The notes below the pieces were generated by a model. It made no database searches, was not told the DNA's origin, and was given only the letters and a program-made list of their open reading frames with translations. Below, one piece after another: positions 16,446 through 25,759 of a DNA stretch of 30,676 nucleotides (the stretch's first letter is position 1; every line of letters starts with the position of its first letter). This stretch comes from Omnitrophica WOR_2 bacterium RIFCSPLOWO2_01_FULL_41_12 (GTDB lineage: Bacteria > Omnitrophota > Gorgyraeia > Gygaellales > Profunditerraquicolaceae), in contig MHGW01000042.1 of NCBI GenBank assembly GCA_001805765.1, positions 1 through 30,676 of the forward strand, read 5' to 3'. The position numbers and the translations under genes were made by a program.

Positions 16446-17292
16446 AGTTATTCATCTAGTCAGGAGTAGTTTAAAGGAAGATATCGGAAAAAGAGATATT
16501 ACTACAGGACTGTTTATCCCAAAAGATAAGATGGCCAAGGCGGTAATATTAGCCAAGGAGGATTGCGTAGTTTGTGGTATGGAGATTGCTAAAATTGTAT
16601 TCAAGGCTACAGATAATAAAATTAAATTTAAATCTTCTGCTGCAGACGGCCAGCATATAAAAAAAGGAAAGGTTATGGCCCGGATACAAGGTAAGGCCAG
16701 GTCCATTTTAATTGCGGAACGAACCGCCTTAAATTTTTTAAGCCATCTTTGCGGCATCGCTACTTTAACCAGAAGATTCGTTCAGGCCATTAAGCCCTAC
16801 CGAGTAAAGATTATGGATACGCGTAAGACCATTCCCAATCTTAGGGCTTTACAGAAATATGCGGTCAGAATAGGAGGAGGGATTAACCATCGGTTTAAAT
16901 TGGATGAGATGGTATTGATTAAGGACAATCACTTAAAGGTTATAGGTGATAGGTTATGGGTTATAGGTTTTAAAAAAATAAAAAATAAAATCCCGACTAA
17001 AATCAAAAAAGAAGTAGAAGTAAAAACACTTCAAGAATTTAAGCAGGCTTTAAAAATCAGAGCAGATATAATTATGTTGGATAATATGAAGTTAAGCGAT
17101 ATAAAAAAAGCAGTTATGATAAGAAACTGCCTATCACCTAACACCTATCACCCAACACCTAAGCTAGAGGCTTCAGGTGGTATTACTCTGAAAAGTATCA
17201 AAAAAGTAGCAGCCACAGGCGTAGATATGATTTCCGTGGGAGTATTAACTCACTCCGCAAAATCGATTGATATTAGTTTAGAGGTTTTGTAG
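16432..17292 (+). CDS. nadC: Nicotinate-nucleotide pyrophosphorylase (carboxylating)
   Basis: [45 protein letters not shown] and ISVGVLTHS. Confidence 0.96.
   Translation: MNYSKVIHLVRSSLKEDIGKRDITTGLFIPKDKMAKAVILAKEDCVVCGMEIAKIVFKATDNKIKFKSSAADGQHIKKGKVMARIQGKARSILIAERTALNFLSHLCGIATLTRRFVQAIKPYRVKIMDTRKTIPNLRALQKYAVRIGGGINHRFKLDEMVLIKDNHLKVIGDRLWVIGFKKIKNKIPTKIKKEVEVKTLQEFKQALKIRADIIMLDNMKLSDIKKAVMIRNCLSPNTYHPTPKLEASGGITLKSIKKVAATGVDMISVGVLTHSAKSIDISLEVL
16940..16967. repeat. Heptamer tandem array in frame in nadC
   Basis: TTATAGG TGATAGG TTATGGG TTATAGG, translated as [10 protein letters not shown]. Confidence 0.8.
17130..17157. repeat. Heptamer tandem array in frame in nadC, inverted relative to 16940-16967
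   Basis: CCTATCA CCTAACA CCTATCA CCCAACA, translated within [18 protein letters not shown] is the reverse complement of TGATAGG. Confidence 0.8.
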
Positions 17293-17294
17293 CA

Positions 17295-19268
17295 GTGGAA
17301 AAATTTAAACTCGTTTCTCATTACCAGCCCTGCGGCGACCAGCCCAAGGCCATCAAAGAATTAATAGAATCGGTTCTTTCGGGAAGACAATATCAGACAT
17401 TGCTGGGTGTAACCGGATCAGGTAAGACCTTCACCCTGGCCAATGTGATTGCCCAGGTCAACTTGCCTACTTTGGTGATTTCCCACAATAAAACCTTAGC
17501 TGCGCAGTTATATTCGGAATTCAAAGAATTTTTTCCCCAAAACGCGGTAGAATATTTTGTGAGTTACTATGATTACTATCAGCCGGAGGCATATGTGCCT
17601 TCCACAGACACATATATTGAAAAGGATGCCTCTATTAATGATAGATTAGACCGGCTGCGGCTTTCCGCGACCTCTAGTTTAATGTCGCGTAATGATGTTT
17701 TGATTGTTGCCTCTGTATCCTGTATTTATAACTTAGGTTCTCCGCAAGATTATCGGGAATTATTGGTTTTTGTGGAAAAAGGCCAGGTGATTTCCCGCGA
17801 TAAGCTAATTTCCAGATTTATTCAGATACAATATGAGAGAAACGACTATGAATTTGTGCGGGCAAAATTACGCGTCAGGGGAGATGTCTTAGAGGTATTT
17901 CCTTCCTATCTACAGGAGGCAATACGCATAGAATTTCAAGGCGAGACCGTTGCCGGGATTGCCGAGATCAATCCTCTATCAGGAGAAGTTTTAAATCCAT
18001 TAGAAAGAATAGCCATATACCCGGCTAAGCATTTTATTGTTTCCGGAGACAGGATTAACGCCGCGCTTAAGTCTATAGAATGGGAATTGGAAGATAGATT
18101 AAAAATTTTGAAGAGCAAGAATAAGTTATTAGAAGCGCAAAGGCTGGAATCGCGCACGCGTTACGATATGGAGATGTTAAAAGAGATCGGTTATTGCCAT
18201 GGCATTGAAAATTATGCGCGCCATCTTTCCACAAGAGAGCCGGGGTCAAGGCCGTATTGTTTAATTGATTATTTTCCTAAAGAATTTTTAACCGTAATCG
18301 ACGAGTCCCATGTAACCCTACCACAAATTAGGGGTATGTACGAAGGAGACCGTTCCCGAAAAGAGGTTTTGGTAGATTATGGTTTTCGGCTGCCTTCTTG
18401 TTTGGATAACCGGCCTTTAAAATTTACGGAGTTTGCAGGATTGGTAAAGCAGGAAATTTTTGTCTCCGCTACCCCTAATGAATTTGAAATTAAAAAGAGT
18501 GAAGGCCAGGTCATTGAACAGATTATCCGGCCCACAGGTTTAGTGGATCCGGAAATTATAGTTAAGCCCAGCGCAGGCCAGATCGAGGATCTAATGGAGG
18601 AGATAAAAAAACGAGAGCAAAGAAATGAACGGGTCTTGGTCACTTGCCTGACTAAAAGAATGGCTGAGGATTTAGCCAGTTTCCTGCAGGATAAAGGATT
18701 AAAAGTAAAATATTTGCATTCTGAAATTCAAACTATTGAGCGCTCCAAGGTACTTCGGGAATTAAGGCAAAAGGAATTTGATTGTCTAGTGGGAATAAAC
18801 CTATTGAGAGAAGGCCTGGATTTGCCTGAAGTTTCATTGGTAGCAATTTTAGACGCGGACAAGGAAGGATTTTTACGCTCTGCCACTTCTTTAATTCAGG
18901 TGTCAGGCAGGGCAGCGCGCAATATTAATGGCGCGGTAATTATGTACGCGGATACTTTGACCGGTTCGATGAAAAAGGCGATTTCTGAAAGTATGCGCCG
19001 GAGGAAAATACAAATAGAATTTAATAAAGCTAATAATATCACCGCGCGCACTATTGAAAAGGAAATCAAGGCAGGGATTGAGGATTTAGCCGAGGCAGAT
19101 AAATTTGTCCAGAATTTGACCGGACTGGAAAAGGATGAATACGAATTAAATAAATACTTGTCAGAACTGGAATACGAAATGGAACTCGCTGCCAGAAACC
19201 TGCAGTTTGAAAAAGCAGCCCTTTTGAGGGATAAAATAAAGGAGTTAAAAGTTGCTCTTAGCCATTGA
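17295..19268 (+). CDS. uvrB: Excinuclease ABC subunit B
   Basis: [18 protein letters not shown] beta-hairpin, [14 protein letters not shown] and a C-terminal UVR domain. GTG start. Confidence 0.97.
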   Translation: MEKFKLVSHYQPCGDQPKAIKELIESVLSGRQYQTLLGVTGSGKTFTLANVIAQVNLPTLVISHNKTLAAQLYSEFKEFFPQNAVEYFVSYYDYYQPEAYVPSTDTYIEKDASINDRLDRLRLSATSSLMSRNDVLIVASVSCIYNLGSPQDYRELLVFVEKGQVISRDKLISRFIQIQYERNDYEFVRAKLRVRGDVLEVFPSYLQEAIRIEFQGETVAGIAEINPLSGEVLNPLERIAIYPAKHFIVSGDRINAALKSIEWELEDRLKILKSKNKLLEAQRLESRTRYDMEMLKEIGYCHGIENYARHLSTREPGSRPYCLIDYFPKEFLTVIDESHVTLPQIRGMYEGDRSRKEVLVDYGFRLPSCLDNRPLKFTEFAGLVKQEIFVSATPNEFEIKKSEGQVIEQIIRPTGLVDPEIIVKPSAGQIEDLMEEIKKREQRNERVLVTCLTKRMAEDLASFLQDKGLKVKYLHSEIQTIERSKVLRELRQKEFDCLVGINLLREGLDLPEVSLVAILDADKEGFLRSATSLIQVSGRAARNINGAVIMYADTLTGSMKKAISESMRRRKIQIEFNKANNITARTIEKEIKAGIEDLAEADKFVQNLTGLEKDEYELNKYLSELEYEMELAARNLQFEKAALLRDKIKELKVALSH

Positions 19269-19992
19269 TATAGGAAATACTAATATAAGTATCGGGGTAT
19301 TTGAAGATAAGCGTTTATGGAAAAGATATTCTATCCCGGCAAAAGAAAAAAAATATTCAGCGCAGCTACAGAAGATATTCAGACAGAATAAAATCCATGA
19401 CGCCATAATCTGTAGCGTAGTGCCAAGCGTTACCAAGATTTTGGCAAAGGACATAGAAAGATTATTGGGCCAGCCACCATATATTATAGGTAAGGATATA
19501 GTTGTGCCGATTAATAATCTTTACCGTAAGCCCAGGCAGGTTGGCCAAGACCGTTTAGTGAATGCCTATGCCGGCATTATGCTTTATGGCGCGCCTTTGA
19601 TTGTAGTGGATTTTGGCACGGCAGTGACCTTTGATCTAGTTTCCAAAGATAAGGCATATTTAGGAGGAATGATTTTGCCGGGCCTGGAGATTTCTTTAGA
19701 TGCGCTGGCAGAAAGGACAGCCTTACTGCCAAAAATAAAGTTAACTCGGCCAGAAGAATTTATCGGCCGTGACACCAAAAATAGTATGTTAAGCGGCATA
19801 ATCTATGGGTTCAGCAGCCTTGCTGACAGTTTAATCAAAAAATTAAAGCAGAAATTGGGTAAAAATGCACAGGTTATCGCTACGGGCGGGAATATCAGCC
19901 TAATTAGTAATTATTGCCGCAAGATTAATAAAATTAACCGGGATTTGACTTTGCAGGGATTATGCTTGCTTTTTTTAAGGCATAATATATAA
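19252..19992 (+). CDS. coaX: Type III pantothenate kinase
   Basis: [31 protein letters not shown] and ATGG. TTG start overlaps the end of uvrB. Confidence 0.93.
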   Translation: MLLAIDIGNTNISIGVFEDKRLWKRYSIPAKEKKYSAQLQKIFRQNKIHDAIICSVVPSVTKILAKDIERLLGQPPYIIGKDIVVPINNLYRKPRQVGQDRLVNAYAGIMLYGAPLIVVDFGTAVTFDLVSKDKAYLGGMILPGLEISLDALAERTALLPKIKLTRPEEFIGRDTKNSMLSGIIYGFSSLADSLIKKLKQKLGKNAQVIATGGNISLISNYCRKINKINRDLTLQGLCLLFLRHNI

Positions 19993-19993
19993 T
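19966..19993 (+). promoter_or_regulatory. Possible internal sigma70-like promoter upstream of marC
   Basis: TTGCTT (19966-19971), a 16-nt spacer, then TATAAT (19988-19993). The surroundings are AT-rich, so a chance match is possible. Confidence 0.35.
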
Positions 19994-20001
19994 ATAAAGC
20001 T

Positions 20002-20601
20002 ATGCTTAAAATATTAGAACCGTTTATCTTAACCTTCATACCGATATTTGTGGCTGTGGATGCTATCGGCAATATTCCTGTGTTTATCTCTTTGGTAGGA
20101 GGGGCGGGCAAAAAAGAGAGGCACAAGATTATTGTAGATTCAGTTGTCACGGCTTCGGTATTAGCCATCCTGTTTATGTTTGTGGGCAAATGGGTATTAA
20201 GGATGGTGGGGATTACTATTTCGGATTTTCAGGTTGCCGGCGGCGCGCTTTTGTTTGTGATTTCGCTGCGCCTGTTGCTTCCCGGAGCGCAAAAAATTAT
20301 TTTATCCGACGGCCACGATAAAGACCTGGGGGTATTTCCCTTAGGCACGCCTTTAATCACCGGTCCCGCAGTATTAACTACTACCTTAATGATGTTAGAC
20401 AGCTTTGGAATCACACCCACCTTTGTTTCTCTGATTATGAATATGCTTATTGTCTGGGTTACTCTGATCCGCGCAGATTTTATCATTAAACTCATGGGTG
20501 CCAGCGGCGCGCGCGCCTTTTCCAAAATTATGTATATCTTGCTGGCAGCTATCGGAGTGATGATGGTCAGGCGCGGTATTACAGGATTATTAATCAGATG
20601 A
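20002..20601 (+). CDS. MarC family integral membrane protein
   Basis: [35 protein letters not shown] and six hydrophobic segments. Confidence 0.92.
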   Translation: MLKILEPFILTFIPIFVAVDAIGNIPVFISLVGGAGKKERHKIIVDSVVTASVLAILFMFVGKWVLRMVGITISDFQVAGGALLFVISLRLLLPGAQKIILSDGHDKDLGVFPLGTPLITGPAVLTTTLMMLDSFGITPTFVSLIMNMLIVWVTLIRADFIIKLMGASGARAFSKIMYILLAAIGVMMVRRGITGLLIR

Positions 20602-21821
20602 TGCGCAAGGTCTTAACCTTTATTATGGCTGGAGGAAAAGGCGAGCGGCTCTGGCCTTTAACCAAAGACCGCACCAAGCCCGCAGTGCCTTTCGGCGGGA
20701 TATATAGAATCATTGATTTTACCTTAAGCAATTGCGTTAACTCTGGCCTGCGCAAGATTTATGTGCTCACCCAATATAAATCCGCATCCCTGCAAAGGCA
20801 TATCCGCTTAGGCTGGAATATTTTATCCTCAGAATTAGGAGAATATATTGAATTATTGCCGGCGCAGCAGCGGATAGGGGAGTCCTGGTATTTGGGCACT
20901 GCCGATGCTATTTATCAAAATTTTTATACTGTGGAAATAGATAAGCCCGATGAAGTCTTAATTCTGGCTGGAGACCATATCTATAAAATGAATTATTATA
21001 CGATGATTGATTTTCATCGGGAAGTGGACGCGGATTTAACTGTGGGCGTGGTGGAAGTAGAAAAAGAACGCTCCAGCCATCTGGGGGTAGTAGAGGTAGA
21101 TAATCTAGGCCGGGTCAGAGGTTTTCAGGAAAAGCCGGCTAAGCCTAAGACCATACCTCATCAACCGGATAAGGTTTATGCCTCCATGGGGATTTATGTT
21201 TTTAAGCATCCGGTGCTGGAAGCCGAATTACAAGAGGATGCCCAGAAAAAAAATTCCTCCCATGATTTCGGAAAAGATATTATTCCGCAGATGCTGAAAA
21301 AGAATTTAAAGGTAGCCGCTTTTAATTTTATTGACGAGAACAAAAAAGAGGCAAAGTATTGGCGCGATATCGGAACTATAGATGCCTATTATGAAGCGAA
21401 TATGGACTTGGTGGCAGTTGACCCTGTCTTTAACCTTTACGATAAAGAATGGCCGATCCGCACTTATCAGGAACAGTTTCCTGCAGGCAAAACAGTTTTT
21501 TCCGGTGAAGAGGTTGCCGGAAGGGTGGGGTTGGTGCTGGATTCTTTGATGTGCGGAGGCTGTATTGTCAGCGGCGGCAGGGTGCAACGCTCCATACTTT
21601 CTCCCAATGTCAGGATTAATAGCTATTCTCAGATTTATGAATCTATACTTTTGGAAGGCGTTAATGTCGGCAGATATGCTAAAATAAAACGGGCAATCGT
21701 TGATAAAGACGTGGTTATTCCTCAAGGCATGGTCATCGGCTATGATTTAGAAGAAGATAAAAAAAAGTTTGCCGTAAGCGACACCGGTATTGTCGTGGTA
21801 GCCAAAGGCACAGTGATATGA
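20598..21821 (+). CDS. glgC: Glucose-1-phosphate adenylyltransferase
   Basis: [53 protein letters not shown] and YWRDIGT. Confidence 0.97.
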   Translation: MMRKVLTFIMAGGKGERLWPLTKDRTKPAVPFGGIYRIIDFTLSNCVNSGLRKIYVLTQYKSASLQRHIRLGWNILSSELGEYIELLPAQQRIGESWYLGTADAIYQNFYTVEIDKPDEVLILAGDHIYKMNYYTMIDFHREVDADLTVGVVEVEKERSSHLGVVEVDNLGRVRGFQEKPAKPKTIPHQPDKVYASMGIYVFKHPVLEAELQEDAQKKNSSHDFGKDIIPQMLKKNLKVAAFNFIDENKKEAKYWRDIGTIDAYYEANMDLVAVDPVFNLYDKEWPIRTYQEQFPAGKTVFSGEEVAGRVGLVLDSLMCGGCIVSGGRVQRSILSPNVRINSYSQIYESILLEGVNVGRYAKIKRAIVDKDVVIPQGMVIGYDLEEDKKKFAVSDTGIVVVAKGTVI

Positions 21822-22267
21822 TGAGAAAAGCAAAAATAGAAGACATAAAACAGATACAAAACCTGATTAATTATTTTGCCCAACAGGACTTGATGCTGCC
21901 GCGTTCTTTAAATGAATTATATGAGAACATTAGAGACTTTTGGGTCTGCCTAGCAGATAAAAAAGTGGTGGGGTGTGCCGCCTTGCGTGTTTCCTGGGAG
22001 GATTTAGCCGAGATAAAATCCCTGGCCGTGCACAAGGAAAAGCAAAGCCAGGGCATCGGCAGAAAATTAGTGGAGTCTTGTATTGATGAGGCCAAGGTTC
22101 TGGGAGCAAAAAGGATATTCGTGCTTACTTATCAGCCGGATTATTTCAAAAAATTCGGATTTAAAATAATCAAGAATTCAGCACTGCCCCATAAAATTTG
22201 GGCAGAGTGCATTAATTGCTGTAAGTTCCCGAATTGCCAGGAAATCGCTATGGTGAAAAAGTTATAA
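21818..22267 (+). CDS. GNAT N-acetyltransferase, short ArgA-like amino-acid N-acetyltransferase
   Basis: MLPRS, LAEIKSLAV, GIGRKLV, VLTYQ..YF..FGF and LPHKIWAEC..C. Confidence 0.8.
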   Translation: MMRKAKIEDIKQIQNLINYFAQQDLMLPRSLNELYENIRDFWVCLADKKVVGCAALRVSWEDLAEIKSLAVHKEKQSQGIGRKLVESCIDEAKVLGAKRIFVLTYQPDYFKKFGFKIIKNSALPHKIWAECINCCKFPNCQEIAMVKKL

Positions 22268-22277
22268 GGAGAAGAAA

Positions 22278-23429
22278 ATGGATTATTTGTTTAGCGAAGA
22301 ACAGAAGATGATTCAGGAATTAACGCGTAAGATTGCCGAAGATAAGGTGCGGCCAGTAGCAGCAAAATATGATACTACGCAGGAATTTCCCTGGGATGTC
22401 TTAAAGATTTTAGCCCAGTCAGACTTGTTTGCCATATTTGTGCCGACAGAATATGGCGGAACCGGCGGCGGGGTCTTAGATTTATGTATTGCTACCGAAG
22501 AATTATCCCGCGCCTGCGGCGGGATTGCGGTCTGCTATGCAGCTTCAGCTTTAGGCACATTTCCGATCGTTCTTTTTGGCACTGATGCACAGAAGAAAAA
22601 ATACCTTCCGGATTTAGCCAGCGGCAAGAAAATCGCCGCTTTTGGCATTACTGAACCAGAAGCAGGTTCAGATGCTTCAAGCATTAAAACTACCGCCGTA
22701 AAAAAAGGAGACCATTATATTTTGAACGGCACCAAACATTTTATTACTAATGGCGGCGAGGCGCAGGTTTATACTGTGATTGCCATGAGTGATAAAACTA
22801 AAGGCGCGCGGGGCGCCTCAGCATTTATTGTGGAAAAAGGTACGCCCGGATTTACCTTTGGCAAGAAAGAAGACAAATTAGGTATACGCGCTTCTGTAAC
22901 TTGCGAACTAGTCTTTACGGATTGTAAAGTTCCTGCAGAGAATCTACTCTCCAAAGAAGGAATGGGTTTTATTGTGACCATGAAGACCTTTGATATGTCG
23001 CGTCCGGGTGTGGCGGCGCAGGCAGTGGGTATTGCGCAAGGGGCATTAGATCTGGCCGTAAAATATGCCAAAGAGAGACATCAGTTTGGAAAATCTATCT
23101 CTAGTTTTCAAGGCATCCAATGGATGCTGGCAGATATGGCTACAAAAGTAGAGGCATCCCGGGCTTTAGTTTATGCGGTGGCTAAAATGATTGATAGCGG
23201 AAAGACCGGTGTAGCTAAAGAGTCAGCCATGGCTAAGTTGTTCGCCTCTGATACCGCCATGCAGGTGGCTACTGATGCCGTGCAAATTTTAGGCGGCTAT
23301 GGCTATATGAAGGATTACCCGGCAGAAAAATATATGCGCGATGCCAAGATTACCCAAATTTACGAAGGGACCAATCAAATCCAACGCAATATTATTGCCC
23401 TCCAGTTAATCAAACAAATGGCAAAATAA
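22278..23429 (+). CDS. Acyl-CoA dehydrogenase (butyryl-CoA dehydrogenase-like)
   Basis: GITEPEAGSD, NGTKHFITN, KEDKLGIR, RHQFG, ILGGYGY and catalytic IYEGTNQIQR. Confidence 0.93.
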   Translation: MDYLFSEEQKMIQELTRKIAEDKVRPVAAKYDTTQEFPWDVLKILAQSDLFAIFVPTEYGGTGGGVLDLCIATEELSRACGGIAVCYAASALGTFPIVLFGTDAQKKKYLPDLASGKKIAAFGITEPEAGSDASSIKTTAVKKGDHYILNGTKHFITNGGEAQVYTVIAMSDKTKGARGASAFIVEKGTPGFTFGKKEDKLGIRASVTCELVFTDCKVPAENLLSKEGMGFIVTMKTFDMSRPGVAAQAVGIAQGALDLAVKYAKERHQFGKSISSFQGIQWMLADMATKVEASRALVYAVAKMIDSGKTGVAKESAMAKLFASDTAMQVATDAVQILGGYGYMKDYPAEKYMRDAKITQIYEGTNQIQRNIIALQLIKQMAK

Positions 23430-23439
23430 AAAATAAGAT

Positions 23440-24222
23440 ATGAATATTATCGTTTGTATAAAGCAGGTTCCGGAAACTACCGAAGTCAGGATTAATCCCG
23501 AAACTAATACCTTGATTCGCGAAGGGGTAAAATCCATGATCAATCCCTTTGATATGTACGCGATTGAAGAAGGGATAAGATTAAAGGAAAACCTAGGTGG
23601 TAAAACTACGGTTATTACTATGGGCCCACCTCAGGCAGAATCAGCCCTGCGTGACGCTATAGCCATGGGTATAGATGAGGCGATATTGCTTTCTGACCGC
23701 GCCTTTGCCGGCAGCGATACCTGGGCCACTAGTTATACCTTAGCCAAGGCCATTGAAAAAATAAAAGATTTTGACTTAGTCATCTGCGGTAAGCAGGCTT
23801 CAGACGGAGATACTGCTCAGGTTGGCCCGGGAATAGCCAGCCATCTTAATCTTCCTCAGGTAACTTATGTGAAAAAGATAGAAGAAATCAAAGAAAAAAC
23901 CTGCCGCGTGCAAAGAATGACCGAAGAAGGATACGAAATTATTCAGGCGCCCTTACCGGCGCTTTTAACTGTGGTCAAAGAAATTAATACCCCGCGCCTG
24001 CCTTCATTAAGGGGCATGATGCGCGCCAAACAGGCAAAGGTTTTGCACTGGATGACTAAAGACCTGGATTTAAATAGTGAATTTATTGGTTTAAATGGCT
24101 CGCCTACCCAAGTGGTAAAAATTTTTACCCCACCCCAGCGGCCATCCGGTAAGATGCTGCAAGGCGAACCGCAAGAAATAGCCGAAAAATTAGTGGAAAT
24201 AATAAAACCCGAACTACATTAA
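23440..24222 (+). CDS. etfB: Electron transfer flavoprotein beta subunit
   Basis: VCIKQVP, INPFD, GSDTWAT, GKQASDGDTAQVGP and INTPR. Confidence 0.94.
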   Translation: MNIIVCIKQVPETTEVRINPETNTLIREGVKSMINPFDMYAIEEGIRLKENLGGKTTVITMGPPQAESALRDAIAMGIDEAILLSDRAFAGSDTWATSYTLAKAIEKIKDFDLVICGKQASDGDTAQVGPGIASHLNLPQVTYVKKIEEIKEKTCRVQRMTEEGYEIIQAPLPALLTVVKEINTPRLPSLRGMMRAKQAKVLHWMTKDLDLNSEFIGLNGSPTQVVKIFTPPQRPSGKMLQGEPQEIAEKLVEIIKPELH

Positions 24223-24226
24223 AAAT

Positions 24227-25426
24227 ATGCCAATTGGAATCATCATAGAAAAATGCACCGGCTGCACCTTATGCATTAAGGTCTGCCCTTTTGACGCCAT
24301 ACGGATTATGGATAAAAAAGCGGTTTTGGACTTAGACAAATGCAATCTTTGCGGAGCCTGTGTTCCTGCCTGTAAATTTAAGGCCATTTTGCTTGAAAAA
24401 GAAGAGGCTAAAACTAAAGTTAATGTTAGTGATTATAAGGGAGTTTGGGTTTTTGCCGAGCAGAAAAAAGGCAAGGTTCAACCCGTGGCCTATGAATTAA
24501 TCGCTAAGGCTAGAGACTTGGCCGCTACGCTTGGTACAGAGGTGGCGGCAGTTTTATTAGGAGACCGCTTAGAAGAAGAAATTCAGGAATTAATCTGGCG
24601 CGGCGCAGATAAAGTTTATGTGGTGGAAAAAAGAGAACTGGCTAATTTTCAGGATGAGCCATACACCCATATCTTAGTGGAATTGATTAAAAAATATAAA
24701 CCCGAAATTGTTTTATGCGGAGCAACTTCTATTGGCCGTTCACTGATCTCGCGGGTAGCAGTGCAAATACGCGCTGGCTTAACTGCGGATTGCACGGGGT
24801 TAGATATTGACCCGCAAAAAAAGATTCTCCTGCAGACCCGCCCTGCTTTTGGCGGAAATATTATGGCCACCATTATCTCTCCGGATTATCGGCCGCAAAT
24901 GGCTACGGTCAGGCACAAGGTTTTTGCTGAATCTGTTTCGGATATGAAACGCAAAGGAAAAATTATCCGCGAGAATTTTGACAACGCATTACTTGCTAGC
25001 CACACCCAACTTCTGGATATTATAGATGAGATTGAGGCCACGGTTAATATGGCAGAAGCAGATATCATTGTTTCCGGAGGAAGAGGCATGCAGGCGCCGG
25101 AAAATTTTAAACTCATTAAAGATTTAGCCCAGGTTTTAGGCGCGGCAGTAGGCTCATCCCGCGCTGCAGTAGATAGCGGCTGGATGCCTTATTCGCATCA
25201 AGTAGGACAAACCGGCCGCACAGTCAGCCCAAAAATCTATATTGCATGCGGTATCTCCGGACAGATTCAACATTTAGTAGGAATGCAGTCGTCAAAAATT
25301 ATCATCGCCATCAACAAAGACCCTGATGCGCCCATCTTTAAAGTAGCAAATTATGGCGTAGTCGGCGACCTTTTTCAAATCCTGCCTTTACTCACCAGAA
25401 AATTCCAGGAAGTCCTAAAGAAGTAA
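24227..25426 (+). CDS. etfA: Electron transfer flavoprotein alpha subunit with N-terminal 2x[4Fe-4S] ferredoxin domain
   Basis: [12 protein letters not shown] and [39 protein letters not shown] and AINKD. Confidence 0.94.
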   Translation: MPIGIIIEKCTGCTLCIKVCPFDAIRIMDKKAVLDLDKCNLCGACVPACKFKAILLEKEEAKTKVNVSDYKGVWVFAEQKKGKVQPVAYELIAKARDLAATLGTEVAAVLLGDRLEEEIQELIWRGADKVYVVEKRELANFQDEPYTHILVELIKKYKPEIVLCGATSIGRSLISRVAVQIRAGLTADCTGLDIDPQKKILLQTRPAFGGNIMATIISPDYRPQMATVRHKVFAESVSDMKRKGKIIRENFDNALLASHTQLLDIIDEIEATVNMAEADIIVSGGRGMQAPENFKLIKDLAQVLGAAVGSSRAAVDSGWMPYSHQVGQTGRTVSPKIYIACGISGQIQHLVGMQSSKIIIAINKDPDAPIFKVANYGVVGDLFQILPLLTRKFQEVLKK

Positions 25427-25431
25427 TTCAC

Positions 25432-25459
25432 GTAAATTTTCTCGACGGGTAAAATTTAC
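25432..25459. repeat. 9-bp perfect inverted repeat after etfA (weak terminator or operator)
   Basis: GTAAATTTT-N10-AAAATTTAC, followed by ATCTTTT. Confidence 0.4.
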
Positions 25460-25520
25460 ATCTTTTAGCAATTATTTTATTCTAATTACATATATATGTT
25501 AAAGAATGTAAAGATTTTCC

Positions 25521-25549
25521 TTGACAAATTTGAGTTTACTATTTATAAT
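25521..25549 (+). promoter_or_regulatory. Consensus sigma70 promoter for the HTH-smc unit
   Basis: TTGACA (25521-25526), a 17-nt spacer, then TATAAT (25544-25549). SD AAGGAG (25564-25569) precedes ATG25577. Confidence 0.85.
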
Positions 25550-25576
25550 TGAACCAATAAGTTAAGGAGAAACTTT

Positions 25577-25759
25577 ATGGCAAACGGCACATTAATGACG
25601 ATTGATGAATTAGCAGGATATCTTAAAGTTACACGTCGGACTATTTATGAATGGCTGAAAAACAATAAGATTCCCGCGCTGAAACTCGTTGGCCAGTGGC
25701 GGTTTAGAAAAGATAGAATTGATGCCTGGCTTGAGAAAGGAGCCCATTATGTATCTTAA
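25577..25759 (+). CDS. Excisionase-like (HTH_17/MerR-type) DNA-binding protein
   Basis: LMTIDELAGYLKV...TIYEW....KIPA.K..GQWRF pattern, with a good SD and promoter. Confidence 0.88.
   Translation: MANGTLMTIDELAGYLKVTRRTIYEWLKNNKIPALKLVGQWRFRKDRIDAWLEKGAHYVS

Noticed and set aside
22505-22525. ATCCCGC-N7-GCGGGAT hairpin in the acyl-CoA dehydrogenase gene
   Set aside because: It encodes the family-typical LSRACGGI segment with no apparent extra residues, so it is probably coincidental.
25424-25439. parS-like word upstream of smc (TAATTCACGTAAATTT)
   Set aside because: It matches only 10/16 of TGTTTCACGTGAAACA and is not palindromic.
25477-25504. dif-like site (ATATGTTAAAG resembles the XerD arm)
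   Set aside because: The XerC arm and the conserved inner ATAA/TTAT are missing, and the AT-rich context makes chance likely.
25689-25748. 20-aa N-terminal extension of SMC in the ORF track
   Set aside because: It overlaps the HTH gene. The canonical SMC start MYLKKLEL is at 25749.
25577-25759. Prophage or ICE interpretation of the excisionase-like gene
   Set aside because: There is no integrase, att repeat or phage gene, and it is flanked by core genes.
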